Shown piece after piece: positions 20,945 through 30,924 of a stretch of 64,000 bases of DNA (its first letter is position 1; the number at the start of each line of letters is the position of its first letter). The DNA comes from a bacterium (GTDB lineage Bacteria > CLD3 > SB21), in assembly GCA_016787925.1 (NCBI GenBank), contig JAEUSK010000272.1:12668-76667 (forward strand), written 5' to 3'. The notes below the pieces were generated by a model that saw only the letters and a program-made list of their open reading frames with translations, had not been told where the DNA came from and made no database searches. The position numbers were made by a program, and so were the translations under genes.

Positions 20945-21764
20945 CCGTACTGACCAATTTTACGCGGATTGTTTAAGCCGTGTTTACATCATGGGCGTAC
21001 TAAACGTTACGCCTGATTCATTTTCAGATGGCGGTAAGTTTTACTCTCCCGAAGCGGCAATGGCGCATGCCGTGCAGTTAAAAGAAGACGGCGCAGATAT
21101 TTTGGACGTCGGAGGCGAATCGACTCGGCCGGGAGCGGATCCGGTATCACTGCAGGAGGAATTAGACCGTACAATTCCGATTATTGAAAAAATATCAAAA
21201 TCTCTCGACGTACTGATTTCAATTGACACTTATAAATCGAAAGTTGCAGATGAGGCCATGCGATCAGGCGCTCACATCATCAACGATATCAGCGGATTAA
21301 CTTTTGACCATAATATGATGGCAACCGCAGTAAGACATGACGCCGCCCTGGTAATCATGCATATAAAAGGCACTCCAAAAAATATGCAGACAAACCCGCA
21401 ATATGGAGACGCGGTCAGTGAAATAAAAACCTTTCTGTTTCAGGCATCTGAAAAGGCAAAGAAAAACGGGGTTAAAAAAATCATAATTGATCCCGGTTTG
21501 GGATTTGGAAAAAGATTTGAAGATAATTTTCTGATTTTGAACCAGCTTGAACATCTTAAATCACTCGGCTATCCCCTATTGATCGGATCTTCAAGAAAAT
21601 CGTACCTCGGCAAACCGTTTAATGCTGCGCCGTTAGACCGTATGGAGGGTACGATAGTGTCTAATATTATTGCTATGCAAAAAGGAGCCAATATATTGAG
21701 GGTGCACGATGTAAAACCTATTCGGCGCGCGGTGACTATTGCAGAAAAAATTATGAAGGCGTGA
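20931..21764 (+). CDS. folP: Dihydropteroate synthase
   Basis: GVLNVTPDSFSDGG signature and pterin-binding core. Candidate starts are 20916, 20931 and 20991; all overlap the TPR gene end or sit close to it. Confidence 0.85.
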   Translation: MSKDNRTDQFYADCLSRVYIMGVLNVTPDSFSDGGKFYSPEAAMAHAVQLKEDGADILDVGGESTRPGADPVSLQEELDRTIPIIEKISKSLDVLISIDTYKSKVADEAMRSGAHIINDISGLTFDHNMMATAVRHDAALVIMHIKGTPKNMQTNPQYGDAVSEIKTFLFQASEKAKKNGVKKIIIDPGLGFGKRFEDNFLILNQLEHLKSLGYPLLIGSSRKSYLGKPFNAAPLDRMEGTIVSNIIAMQKGANILRVHDVKPIRRAVTIAEKIMKA

Positions 21765-21766
21765 TC

Positions 21767-22609
21767 ATGCAGGAAGAATTATTTAAATTCTGGATCATAC
21801 CGGTAACATGGATTGATATACTTGATATCACCGTTGTTACTGTTATTTTCTATCGCGCTTATCTTGTCATACAAGGCACGACTGCTTCCCGTATGTTGAT
21901 GGGCTTGATCCTTATCTTGATCGTATCGATCGCCGTACAGGCGCTTAATATGAGCGGCATGATATGGCTGGTCGATCAGATCAGAACTGTCTGGGTTATT
22001 GCATTTGTAATCATATTCCAGCCTGAATTGCGGCGGATGCTTACGTTTTTCGGGCAAAGCGGATTCCTGCGCAACATAATTAAATTAGGTATACCCGCTT
22101 ATGTACATGAAGTCATCAAGACTTGTGAGCACTTGTCCAAACGCCGTTCAGGTGCCATTATTGCACTGGAGAGATCGACGGGCCTGAAGAATATCATTGA
22201 GACAGGCGTATCTTTAGAAGCAAAAATTTCTCAACAACTATTGTTATCCATATTTAACCCGAGGTCACCTCTCCACGACGGGGCTGTCGTCATCGAAAAT
22301 GACCAGGTGTCTGCCGCCAAATGCCTTTTGCCTTTGAGTCAAAATCCGTACATCGAATCATCACTCGGAACCCGACACCGCGCCGCCTTGGGGTTATCCG
22401 AGCAATCGGACGCTATTGTGATCGTCATTTCAGAAGAGACAGGCAAGATTTCCGTAGCCTACAAAGGAACGCTGAATCGCAACATATCAGTCGCTGAACT
22501 CCAGGGCTTTATAGAGGAAGTCCTCAAATCTGGCAAAACACGCGGTCTATGGCGAAAGACGACTAACGCCGGCAAGAGACAGCCCCTTACAAACGTTGCG
22601 TTTAAATAG
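21767..22609 (+). CDS. cdaA: Diadenylate cyclase CdaA (membrane-bound DAC domain)
   Basis: Three N-terminal TMs, then DAC motifs HDGAVVI, GTRHRAALGLSE and IVISEETG. Overlaps the folP stop (GTG 21761 or ATG 21767). Confidence 0.85.
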   Translation: MQEELFKFWIIPVTWIDILDITVVTVIFYRAYLVIQGTTASRMLMGLILILIVSIAVQALNMSGMIWLVDQIRTVWVIAFVIIFQPELRRMLTFFGQSGFLRNIIKLGIPAYVHEVIKTCEHLSKRRSGAIIALERSTGLKNIIETGVSLEAKISQQLLLSIFNPRSPLHDGAVVIENDQVSAAKCLLPLSQNPYIESSLGTRHRAALGLSEQSDAIVIVISEETGKISVAYKGTLNRNISVAELQGFIEEVLKSGKTRGLWRKTTNAGKRQPLTNVAFK

Positions 22610-22707
22610 GAAAATATAGACTAAAACCCCCAAATATTGTATAATAACAAACAGAAAAACGGGTTTAGAATTAGTTCTTATCGAGTTATGACAGAATTAT
22701 TTGTAAC

Positions 22708-22738
22708 GCCCTGCAAGTTGCTCCTTGTAGGGTTTTTT
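22708..22738 (+). terminator. Rho-independent terminator after cdaA
   Basis: GCCCTGCAAG, loop TTGCTC, CTTGTAGGG stem (one G.U pair), followed by TTTTTT. Confidence 0.5.
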
Positions 22739-22774
22739 GTGATACTCCGGACGCTTGTATCTCAGGAATAAAAT

Positions 22775-25700
22775 ATGAATTTAAGAGATAGATTTACCAT
22801 TATTGCTGTTGTGCTGGTTACTTGCACTGCTTTTTGTAAAGCTCAAGCCGTATATCCGCAAATTCAGTCCAAGCAAGATTATGTCAAATCCGTCTCTGAA
22901 AAAGAGGGCGAATTAGTTTACACATTCAATTTTGTTACGCCGGATATCGACCGGGTGGAAGTGAATGGTGAAACGCACCAACGTCTTACAGCCCCGCTTT
23001 TTGAGTACATGCAGGAGGAAGGGGCTCCGCAATTACCCAAAATAAGCTACCTCATTGAATTACCTGAAGGGTCACCGCAGGCCTTCGTAACGCATACTGA
23101 GCGCGTGTTTCTGCCGGTACAGTCTATTATGTTCAGCGGCGAGAACTTACCCACGGACGGTTCAGTGCCCGGATATCGCAAGCAAATCGCTAAAACATTC
23201 AACGCTGCCGGAGGTTGGTATCCAAGAAGCCTGGTTGAGTTAAGTTATCTCGGAAAAATGCGGGAAATTCCGTTATACCGATTAACCGTCTATCCATACC
23301 GATACCATGCAGCAAAACATCAGGTTGAGTTCAACAAAAACATAACCGTTAGGATTACCTACTCAACATCCAAAAAAGTGCAGGTTTATGAGAGCAATAC
23401 TTCTGAGATCAATGAAATACTTGATTCCGAACTGATCAACGTAAAGCAGGCCAAAAAATCACGGTATTTAAAAAATAAAACTATTTCAAAAAATTCCTCT
23501 GAGGCAACTTTTGCAAATGCTCCACAAGCCCATAAACAATCGATAAAAATCCTTGTTAACAGGAATGGTATTTACAAAGTTACGTATGATTACTTAAAAG
23601 AAAAAACAGGATTGGATTTTTCCGGAATCGATCCAAGAAACTTTCGTTTGTTTAATCTCGGGCTGGAAGTGCCGATATATTATCGCAGTCAGGAAAAAGA
23701 CAAATTTAGTTCCGGGGATTACTTTGAATTCTACGGTGAAAAATACCTAGCAAAGTTTAACAAGAATCTGCGCGATATTCCGCAAAGTATCGGACATTAT
23801 CTGGACCCGTGGAGCGACGATAACGTTTATTTCCTCAGCTGGGGACAAAAGCCCGGCATTCGGCTCATAGAGGAAAACGGAGGCGTAATTCTCCCACGGA
23901 AATCCGATTCACTTAGTTCGAATCAATTTACCGTTACGAAACATTTCGAAGAAGATAATATTCGTCTTGATATCAAAAACATAAACCTGATTCAACCGGC
24001 TGTAGTCGAGGATATTTGGGCATTCGACGGAGGAATTGCAAACCTGATTTCCAGTCAATCCCAAAAGGATTATGAATTTACTATCGAAAAATTGTCTTCT
24101 TCATCACTGAATCAGGTACTTCGCATTAATTTACAGGGCATCAGCACCAACAACCACACTGTTGATATTAAAATCAACGGTATTGGGATTACAACAAGTT
24201 TAGTCTGGACCGGCCCGAGCAAATTTCAGGCGGACATCCCGATAGCCAACATTTCATCAAATCCGCTTAAAGAGGGTGTTAATAAACTCACTATCAGTAC
24301 GCCGGTCACCTCAAACCCGGCCTTGTTGGACAAGTTTGCATTAAATTGGTTTGAAATCACTTACAAGAGAAAATATCAAGCAGAAAAAGACTACATTGAG
24401 TTTCGCGTTGGTGACGAAAGTTTTACCACTCTAAAAGAATTTAGGATCGAGAAATTTACTGACCCGGACATCAGCCTTTATAAGAAAGGCGTAAGCCGGA
24501 TGGTCAATTGGGATTTGAAAACCAACAGCGGCTCCCAAAAGGACACATCCTATTTTCTGGTTTTTCAGGATGAAGTGAGTATAAGCGGAATTGAATATAT
24601 CGCAGTGAGTGAATCCGCAAAACTCTTACCGAAGGATGCAATTCTTGACAAACCATCTGTCTTGGCCTCCGGATATCATAACGCGCGTTATCTGATTATT
24701 GCGCCGAAACTGCTGAAAGATGCGGCATTGCGGTTGGAAGATTATCGCAGATCGAAAGGTTTATCGGTAGAATCCGTTGATATAGAGGATATTTATGATG
24801 AATTCAATTTTGGCATAAAAAGTCCGTATGCAATACGGGATTTTCTCCGTTTTACTTATGTCAGCCCTAATTGGCATGGCAGCCAGGGTTCTCCACTCTA
24901 CATCATGTTAATCGGCGATGCATCCGCCGCTCCAAAAGCCATTAGTAATAATAACGATTTCATCCCTGTCCAGTTTATCCAAACTAAGACCTATGGTCCG
25001 GCCGCAAGTGATTACTGGTACAGTCTGGCGGACGATTTGGATATTTTGCCCGATTTTTTTGTCGGCCGTCTCCCGGTCTCCACCACCACACAACTCGACG
25101 CGGTCATAGACAAGATCATTACTTACGAACAATCAAATTTATCCGGTTCCTGGAAAAACAAAGTGCTTTATATAGGCGGGCAAAGCGATAACCGCGGTGT
25201 GGTTCAAAACATCAGTAGTATACCAGTTGATGTCTTTCGTTTTCAAGCTACCAGCATTATCAACTCGCGAATGCCGCAAAGTTTCTCACCGGATAGGGTT
25301 TATGTTTTTCCCATCCGAGATCAATTCTACGGAAACTTTGCTCAGGTCGTAAAAGGATTTGAAGAGGGCAATCTACTTACTGCTTATATTGGGCATGGCG
25401 GAGGCGGTATCTGGGGCGACCTGGATTCTGTTTCAGGAAAACCACTTTTGAATCTTACCCAAGTAAATGAGCTAAAAACTAATCCAGGACGCTACCCCCT
25501 TGTTCTCAGTATGACCTGCTTTGTTGGTGCGTTTGACAACCCGAATTCACTCGGTGAATTGCTGCTCACCAAACCTTATGGCGGTGCGATTGGCGTCATA
25601 GCATCCAGTGGAACCGGCTGGATCATCGGTGATTTTCAGCTTCTCGATCAATCTATAAATGCCTTTTTGAAGCCGGGCAATTCAGTCGGTGAAGCGGTGA

Positions 25701-27961
25701 CGCAGGGGAAAATAAACTATCTATTGCAGCAAGGCATTACTGATTATGAAGTCAGCGGAGCCGGCAATACGTTGACCACCGGCGCCGTGCCCCAAAGCAT
25801 GGTTTTTCAATTTAATTATTTGGGCGATCCGGCATTGAGATTAAAAACTCCGGTGAAAAGAACTTTTTCTCTATCCAATTACAGTCCATCTAAAACATCG
25901 GTCATATCGGTTTCAGGCGCGGCGGGATTTTCAAGCGGAACAGGAACCGCGCAAATTTATCAAATGCGTCAGGTTGTCGATTCAGTTGCCAATGGCGCAA
26001 ACAAACCTTCATTCGTTGATGTGGATACCGTCGATTTCCTGATCTCAGGTGGAAGTTACTTATTTGATGTTAACTTGGGCAATATCCCGTCCTCAGTTTT
26101 ACAAGACGGCATTACGGGAATCAGAATATACGCCGAATCGTACGATGGCCGATATGCGTTCAACGGACAGGATAATTTTACTATTAATGGCGCTTATATT
26201 TCACAAATTCAACTGCTGCCACCGATCCCCACAAGTTCCGACACCGTAAGATTTTCTGCAGTAGCAAGCGATCCGGATACAGTGAGACTCGTGACGGTCA
26301 CATATGATCGCACGGGCTCCGTCACGGAAAACGTAACCGATACACTTTTCTTGTCTCAAGATAATACTTATATCAGCCGTGGCAGCGGACCATTTATCGA
26401 AAATGATCTGATTACGTATCGGATAAAAGTCAAAGACAGTTTGGGCGATTCGACGATTTCAGATTTACAGGAAGTTCGAATTCTCGCCGGACTCGATCTC
26501 AAAATGGAGCAAGTGAACAGTCCAGGCGATCAAACCACGTCTATTTTTTTGGGTGGCACAAATCAGACAAATATTAATGCAGTAGTTCAAAATGCAGGAT
26601 ACAGACCCGCTTCAAATGTAAAAATACGCTTTTATGACGGCGATCCTCGTGTTGCCGGGATTTTTCTTGGCGAAGCTGATCTAACGATTGGCGGTTCTGT
26701 TCCAAACGCCGGAAAGATCGCAGTGGACACGGTCGCGATAGCCTCAACGCTGGGTAATGGTTCACATAATGTATTTGTTTGGATAGATCCTGATTCACTC
26801 ACTGCAGACATTAATCGATTCAATAATCTCGGATTTCGGGCGCTGACGTTGAGTACATTTAACGTTACACCAACCGCAGGAACGACATACGACGGAATAC
26901 AGAATGATACCGTTTCTGTCGACAATAGTTTTTTTATAAATGCGCCTGCCAATGCCGTGAGTCAAAATTCAACGTTGTCCATAAATAGAAAAACCAATAT
27001 CCTGATCAATGACCAACCCGATCTCAGTTTTGCATATCCGAAAGGCTATGCAACTCCTCAGGCTTATGATGTGACGTTATCTCATCCGCTTGTGAATTCA
27101 AAGTCAATTATGGTTCAATTTGATTATGACACAACGCTCTACCCTGCCGCCATGTTTTATCACGATTCTCTGAATATCTATGTGTGGAATTCGGGCAACC
27201 GAAAATGGAATATCGTAAATTCAGAAAAATTGATTCAAAACGGAACTATATCCGTCGAGGTTTCTGAGCAAGTTGATATCGGCATTTTTACGCTCATGAT
27301 AAATCGCGACCGTTTATCGCCTGTTATCGAGCCAACCGTCGAAGGTCAGTATTTTTCTCAAGGCTCGATCGCGCCGAAAAATCCGAAGATTTCCGCAATT
27401 ATCTATGACCGAAACGGAGTTAGTCTCAACCGTAAACATTATAACATTGAATTAAACGGACAGCGGCTTGATTCAACAAAAATAATTCTCCCTGATTCAT
27501 TGGCTAATTCAAACGTAGTTACTCTTACGCTTATCAATGATCAAAACTTTAACGCCGGCGCCAACAGCATAACTTTTCAGGTTTCCGACGTGAACGGGAA
27601 TGTGAGCGCACCGGACACGCTTCGCTTCAAAGTCGTCAGCGGTTTTGATATTAAGGTTTTAGGAAATTTTCCGAATCCATTCACCAATGTGACTACGTTC
27701 GCGTTTCGAATCGAAGCATCGGAACAATTGGATAATCTCGAGATCGGCATATACACGGTATCAGGAAGACGTATCAAGAAAATTACGCCCGAGGACATCA
27801 CAAGTCAGATACTAAACTCCGTGGGCTACCACGAAGTTCAGTGGGACGCCACGGACGATAACGGGCGTGACATTGCCAACGGAATTTATTTTTACCGGAT
27901 CAGGGGAAAGCTGAATGGAAAAATTGTAGAAAAGAAAGGTAAACTGGCTTATTTTAGATAA
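22775..27961 (+). CDS. porU: PorU-like C25 (gingipain-family) cysteine peptidase, 1728 aa, with T9SS C-terminal sorting domain
   Basis: Signal peptide. The central C25 domain has MLIGDASAAPK..DYWYS..FFVGRLPV..IITYE, catalytic His in YIGHGGGGIWGD and Cys in LSMTCFVGAF. The C-terminal approx. 80 aa (GNFPNPFTNVTTFAFRI..IYTVSGRRIKKI..YHEVQWDATDDNGRDIANGIYFYRI) is a type-A T9SS CTD. A PorV-like gene follows immediately. Confidence 0.65.
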   Translation: MNLRDRFTIIAVVLVTCTAFCKAQAVYPQIQSKQDYVKSVSEKEGELVYTFNFVTPDIDRVEVNGETHQRLTAPLFEYMQEEGAPQLPKISYLIELPEGSPQAFVTHTERVFLPVQSIMFSGENLPTDGSVPGYRKQIAKTFNAAGGWYPRSLVELSYLGKMREIPLYRLTVYPYRYHAAKHQVEFNKNITVRITYSTSKKVQVYESNTSEINEILDSELINVKQAKKSRYLKNKTISKNSSEATFANAPQAHKQSIKILVNRNGIYKVTYDYLKEKTGLDFSGIDPRNFRLFNLGLEVPIYYRSQEKDKFSSGDYFEFYGEKYLAKFNKNLRDIPQSIGHYLDPWSDDNVYFLSWGQKPGIRLIEENGGVILPRKSDSLSSNQFTVTKHFEEDNIRLDIKNINLIQPAVVEDIWAFDGGIANLISSQSQKDYEFTIEKLSSSSLNQVLRINLQGISTNNHTVDIKINGIGITTSLVWTGPSKFQADIPIANISSNPLKEGVNKLTISTPVTSNPALLDKFALNWFEITYKRKYQAEKDYIEFRVGDESFTTLKEFRIEKFTDPDISLYKKGVSRMVNWDLKTNSGSQKDTSYFLVFQDEVSISGIEYIAVSESAKLLPKDAILDKPSVLASGYHNARYLIIAPKLLKDAALRLEDYRRSKGLSVESVDIEDIYDEFNFGIKSPYAIRDFLRFTYVSPNWHGSQGSPLYIMLIGDASAAPKAISNNNDFIPVQFIQTKTYGPAASDYWYSLADDLDILPDFFVGRLPVSTTTQLDAVIDKIITYEQSNLSGSWKNKVLYIGGQSDNRGVVQNISSIPVDVFRFQATSIINSRMPQSFSPDRVYVFPIRDQFYGNFAQVVKGFEEGNLLTAYIGHGGGGIWGDLDSVSGKPLLNLTQVNELKTNPGRYPLVLSMTCFVGAFDNPNSLGELLLTKPYGGAIGVIASSGTGWIIGDFQLLDQSINAFLKPGNSVGEAVTQGKINYLLQQGITDYEVSGAGNTLTTGAVPQSMVFQFNYLGDPALRLKTPVKRTFSLSNYSPSKTSVISVSGAAGFSSGTGTAQIYQMRQVVDSVANGANKPSFVDVDTVDFLISGGSYLFDVNLGNIPSSVLQDGITGIRIYAESYDGRYAFNGQDNFTINGAYISQIQLLPPIPTSSDTVRFSAVASDPDTVRLVTVTYDRTGSVTENVTDTLFLSQDNTYISRGSGPFIENDLITYRIKVKDSLGDSTISDLQEVRILAGLDLKMEQVNSPGDQTTSIFLGGTNQTNINAVVQNAGYRPASNVKIRFYDGDPRVAGIFLGEADLTIGGSVPNAGKIAVDTVAIASTLGNGSHNVFVWIDPDSLTADINRFNNLGFRALTLSTFNVTPTAGTTYDGIQNDTVSVDNSFFINAPANAVSQNSTLSINRKTNILINDQPDLSFAYPKGYATPQAYDVTLSHPLVNSKSIMVQFDYDTTLYPAAMFYHDSLNIYVWNSGNRKWNIVNSEKLIQNGTISVEVSEQVDIGIFTLMINRDRLSPVIEPTVEGQYFSQGSIAPKNPKISAIIYDRNGVSLNRKHYNIELNGQRLDSTKIILPDSLANSNVVTLTLINDQNFNAGANSITFQVSDVNGNVSAPDTLRFKVVSGFDIKVLGNFPNPFTNVTTFAFRIEASEQLDNLEIGIYTVSGRRIKKITPEDITSQILNSVGYHEVQWDATDDNGRDIANGIYFYRIRGKLNGKIVEKKGKLAYFR

Positions 27962-27962
27962 T

Positions 27963-29018
27963 ATGAAATACCGTATTCTATATACCCTTTTACTAATGGT
28001 CACCATGCAGGCCGTTGCCATTGCAGGCGATGGTACACGGCGTTATGCCAATGCGTTTCTGGAGATACCTCTCGGTGCCCGCGCAGCCGGGATTGGCAAT
28101 GCTTACGTAGCAGTGGCTAACGACGGAACGGCATTTTTCTGGAATCCGGCAGGTGTTGCCCTCATGCACAAACGTGAGGTCACGATGATGTATGCCAACC
28201 AATTCGACGGCCTTGGCCAGTATAATTTTGTCGGATATTCTCATCAGTTATCATCAGCATATGCGTTCTCGATCGGCTGGATTCGCTATAATGTTGGTGA
28301 TATTCCTGAAACAAGTGCATTAGGAGGCTCATACAATGATCATGGCAACCCCGATTATGATTTCAGCCAATATTTTCACGGACGTTTTAGTTACGCAGAC
28401 CATGCGTTGTTCTTCTCATTTGCAAGAATGAATCAAATTAAGTTAAATTTGGGATGGTTATATAGTGAATTTCCAATGCAGATACCGATTGGAATAAATT
28501 TCAAAGTCATTCAGGGCGGCACAAGCGGCATTTCAGGCAAGAACGGTGTAGTAACAAAAGATGTTAACAAATCAGGCATCGGCGTAGATTTGGGAACCAT
28601 GATCATGTTCGGCATAAGCGATCTCGCCGAATCCCCGAATCTGGGCGACTTTGCGATGGGGCTTCATATTCAGGATGTTACTGTAACTGGCGTTCGCTAC
28701 AATGCTGTTTCTTCGTCAACACGGGCGCGTGACATTGTTAAGCCAAACTTAAAGTTCGGTATGTCGTACCTTCACCCAGTACGCACGTTAAAGAGCAATA
28801 TATTGTTTTCTTATGAAAGTAATACACGTTACGGCGGAGATAAACATTTCGGGCTGGAATGGGACTATATGAAAACAGTTGCCCTTAGATTAGGCAGAGA
28901 TGATAAGCTTATCACCTACGGCGCAGGAATAGCGTTATGGCAAATTCGCCTGGATTATGCACTTTCCAATCATGCGTTAGGAAATGTTCACCGCATCAGC
29001 GCTGCGTATAAATTTTAA
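27963..29018 (+). CDS. porV: PorV/PorQ-family (LptO-like) outer-membrane beta-barrel
   Basis: Signal peptide, then the family N-terminal motif AFLEIPLGARAAGIGNAYVAVANDGTAFFWNPAGVA. Terminal ..SAAYKF. The ATG sits 1 nt after the porU stop. Confidence 0.55.
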   Translation: MKYRILYTLLLMVTMQAVAIAGDGTRRYANAFLEIPLGARAAGIGNAYVAVANDGTAFFWNPAGVALMHKREVTMMYANQFDGLGQYNFVGYSHQLSSAYAFSIGWIRYNVGDIPETSALGGSYNDHGNPDYDFSQYFHGRFSYADHALFFSFARMNQIKLNLGWLYSEFPMQIPIGINFKVIQGGTSGISGKNGVVTKDVNKSGIGVDLGTMIMFGISDLAESPNLGDFAMGLHIQDVTVTGVRYNAVSSSTRARDIVKPNLKFGMSYLHPVRTLKSNILFSYESNTRYGGDKHFGLEWDYMKTVALRLGRDDKLITYGAGIALWQIRLDYALSNHALGNVHRISAAYKF

Positions 29019-29914
29019 TGGAGTCCAAGTTGACTAACAATAATTCTCTTCTCATTTCAACCGCCATAATACTATGTTTTTCACTTTTCCACATCTCCTG
29101 TCCGGATGAGGTCAATCCACCGGAACCGCGTCCTGGCGGCGTAAAGATAAAGGCGCACAATGGGACCACATTTCAAGCCGAAACCGGACTCCGCCCACTG
29201 GAAGGAATCGAAGAAAGAATTCGAATTGAGTGGTCGCCATTGACCAGCAATGAAAATAATATCATTGAAGAATATCTTATTTATCGGTCAAACGGCATTG
29301 ACAGCCCGTACGTTCAGATCGGAAACCGGCTGGTTGATTTTGCGGAAGAGGACAGTTTTTTTATAGATGAAAATGTGTTTGAAGACGTGACTTACAGATA
29401 TTTTATCTTCGCGCGAAATTCCAAAGACAAAATTACGGACACATCCGCCTATTTTGGAAATAGTGATTACATAAAATCAATCAGACTCGGACATAAGGTG
29501 GAAAATTTGGGCCCTCCACCGGCGGATACGGCTAATACGAAACCAAAATTCACTTGGTGTTTAGGAATTGGACTGGTGCCCATAAAATATATTGTTAAAT
29601 TAGCAACATTGACCGGCCAGATAATTTGGATTGCCGAGAAGCAGCCGGGAACGTTTGACGGGGATTGTTTTAATCAGGATAATCATGAGTATCTTACATT
29701 TCACAACGCTTCCTATTCTGCAGACGATAGTTTACAAATTAAGACAACTCCGTTTGTTACCGTTCATTACGTAAATCAGTCTTTTTTTGATGCAGGCCGG
29801 CTTCGAAAGGGTAACGCTTACTCGTGGCGAGTTGACTGCATATACGACGGTGCAGAATCCAAATCGCGATGGACTACGTTTTCCGTTACAAAAGATTACA
29901 TAAATCCAAACTAA
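29018..29914 (+). CDS. Secreted or lipoprotein tandem Fn3-like protein of unknown function
   Basis: Signal peptide ending ..SLFHISC, then two Fn3-like modules (W..Y.Y patterns). The start overlaps the porV stop (TAATG), so the gene is co-transcribed with porUV. Confidence 0.4.
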   Translation: MESKLTNNNSLLISTAIILCFSLFHISCPDEVNPPEPRPGGVKIKAHNGTTFQAETGLRPLEGIEERIRIEWSPLTSNENNIIEEYLIYRSNGIDSPYVQIGNRLVDFAEEDSFFIDENVFEDVTYRYFIFARNSKDKITDTSAYFGNSDYIKSIRLGHKVENLGPPPADTANTKPKFTWCLGIGLVPIKYIVKLATLTGQIIWIAEKQPGTFDGDCFNQDNHEYLTFHNASYSADDSLQIKTTPFVTVHYVNQSFFDAGRLRKGNAYSWRVDCIYDGAESKSRWTTFSVTKDYINPN

Positions 29915-29946
29915 CTAGTACCTATAATTCTAATCAGATATACACT

Positions 29947-30924
29947 ATGAAAATAATGGACATCATACGGGAAAAGGCGCGCCAGAAAAAGTGCCGTATC
30001 GTTTTACCCGAAGGCGAAGAAGACAGGACAATTCAAGCCTTAAGAATAATTCAAGAAGCACAAACAGCAAAACCACTACTGTTAGGTGATGCCGACAAGA
30101 TCCGACAGAGGGCATATGAACTCAGCATTGATATCCCCTCTTCTGTTTCGATAATTGATCCCAAAAAGTCTGAAAAAACATCAGACATGGCGAGCGAACT
30201 TTTTACCATGCGCAAGGCCAAAGGCATGACTTATGAACAGTCCAAGACAGCTATGCAGAGCGTTCTCTATTACGGATCTATGATGGTCAAACGGGGCGAA
30301 GTTGACGGTATGGTCGGAGGTGCAGTTCACACAACAGCCGACGTCTTGCGTTCCGCTATACACTGCGTGGGAACTGCGCCCGGAATCAGTACCGTCTCCA
30401 GTATATTCATGATGATCCTTCCGGAGGGACGCGTTTTAACCTACGGCGATTGCGCGGTCATGCCCTATCCTGATCCTAATCAGCTGGCGGATATTGCCGT
30501 TGCGTCTGCTGACAGCCACTTGCAGCTCACCGGCGAAGAACCGATAGTTGCGCTCCTGTCTTTTTCAACAAAAGGAAGTGCAAATCACGAGGCCGTTGAT
30601 AAAGTGACTCAGGCTTTGGGAATTGCAAAAAAGAAACGTCCCGATCTCAAGATCGATGGAGAAATGCAATTTGATGCGGCTTTTGTGGAGTCCATCGGAC
30701 AGCGGAAGTCGCCGGGCAGTCCGGTTGCGGGAAAAGCAAATGTCTATATTTTTCCTAATTTAGACGCCGGCAATATTTGCTATAAAGTTACTGAGCGAAT
30801 TGGGAAAGCACAGGCGGTAGGGCCGGTTATTCAGGGATTAGCAAAACCTATTAACGATCTCTCAAGAGGGTGCAGCGCCCAGGACATCGCCGACGTAGTA
30901 GCTATTTGCTGCGTGAAAGTCTAG
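29947..30924 (+). CDS. pta: Phosphate acetyltransferase (short form)
   Basis: PTA_PTB fold; the approx. 325 aa start at MKIMDII fits the length of single-domain Pta. The ORF-track start at 29869 is an upstream extension. Confidence 0.8.
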   Translation: MKIMDIIREKARQKKCRIVLPEGEEDRTIQALRIIQEAQTAKPLLLGDADKIRQRAYELSIDIPSSVSIIDPKKSEKTSDMASELFTMRKAKGMTYEQSKTAMQSVLYYGSMMVKRGEVDGMVGGAVHTTADVLRSAIHCVGTAPGISTVSSIFMMILPEGRVLTYGDCAVMPYPDPNQLADIAVASADSHLQLTGEEPIVALLSFSTKGSANHEAVDKVTQALGIAKKKRPDLKIDGEMQFDAAFVESIGQRKSPGSPVAGKANVYIFPNLDAGNICYKVTERIGKAQAVGPVIQGLAKPINDLSRGCSAQDIADVVAICCVKV

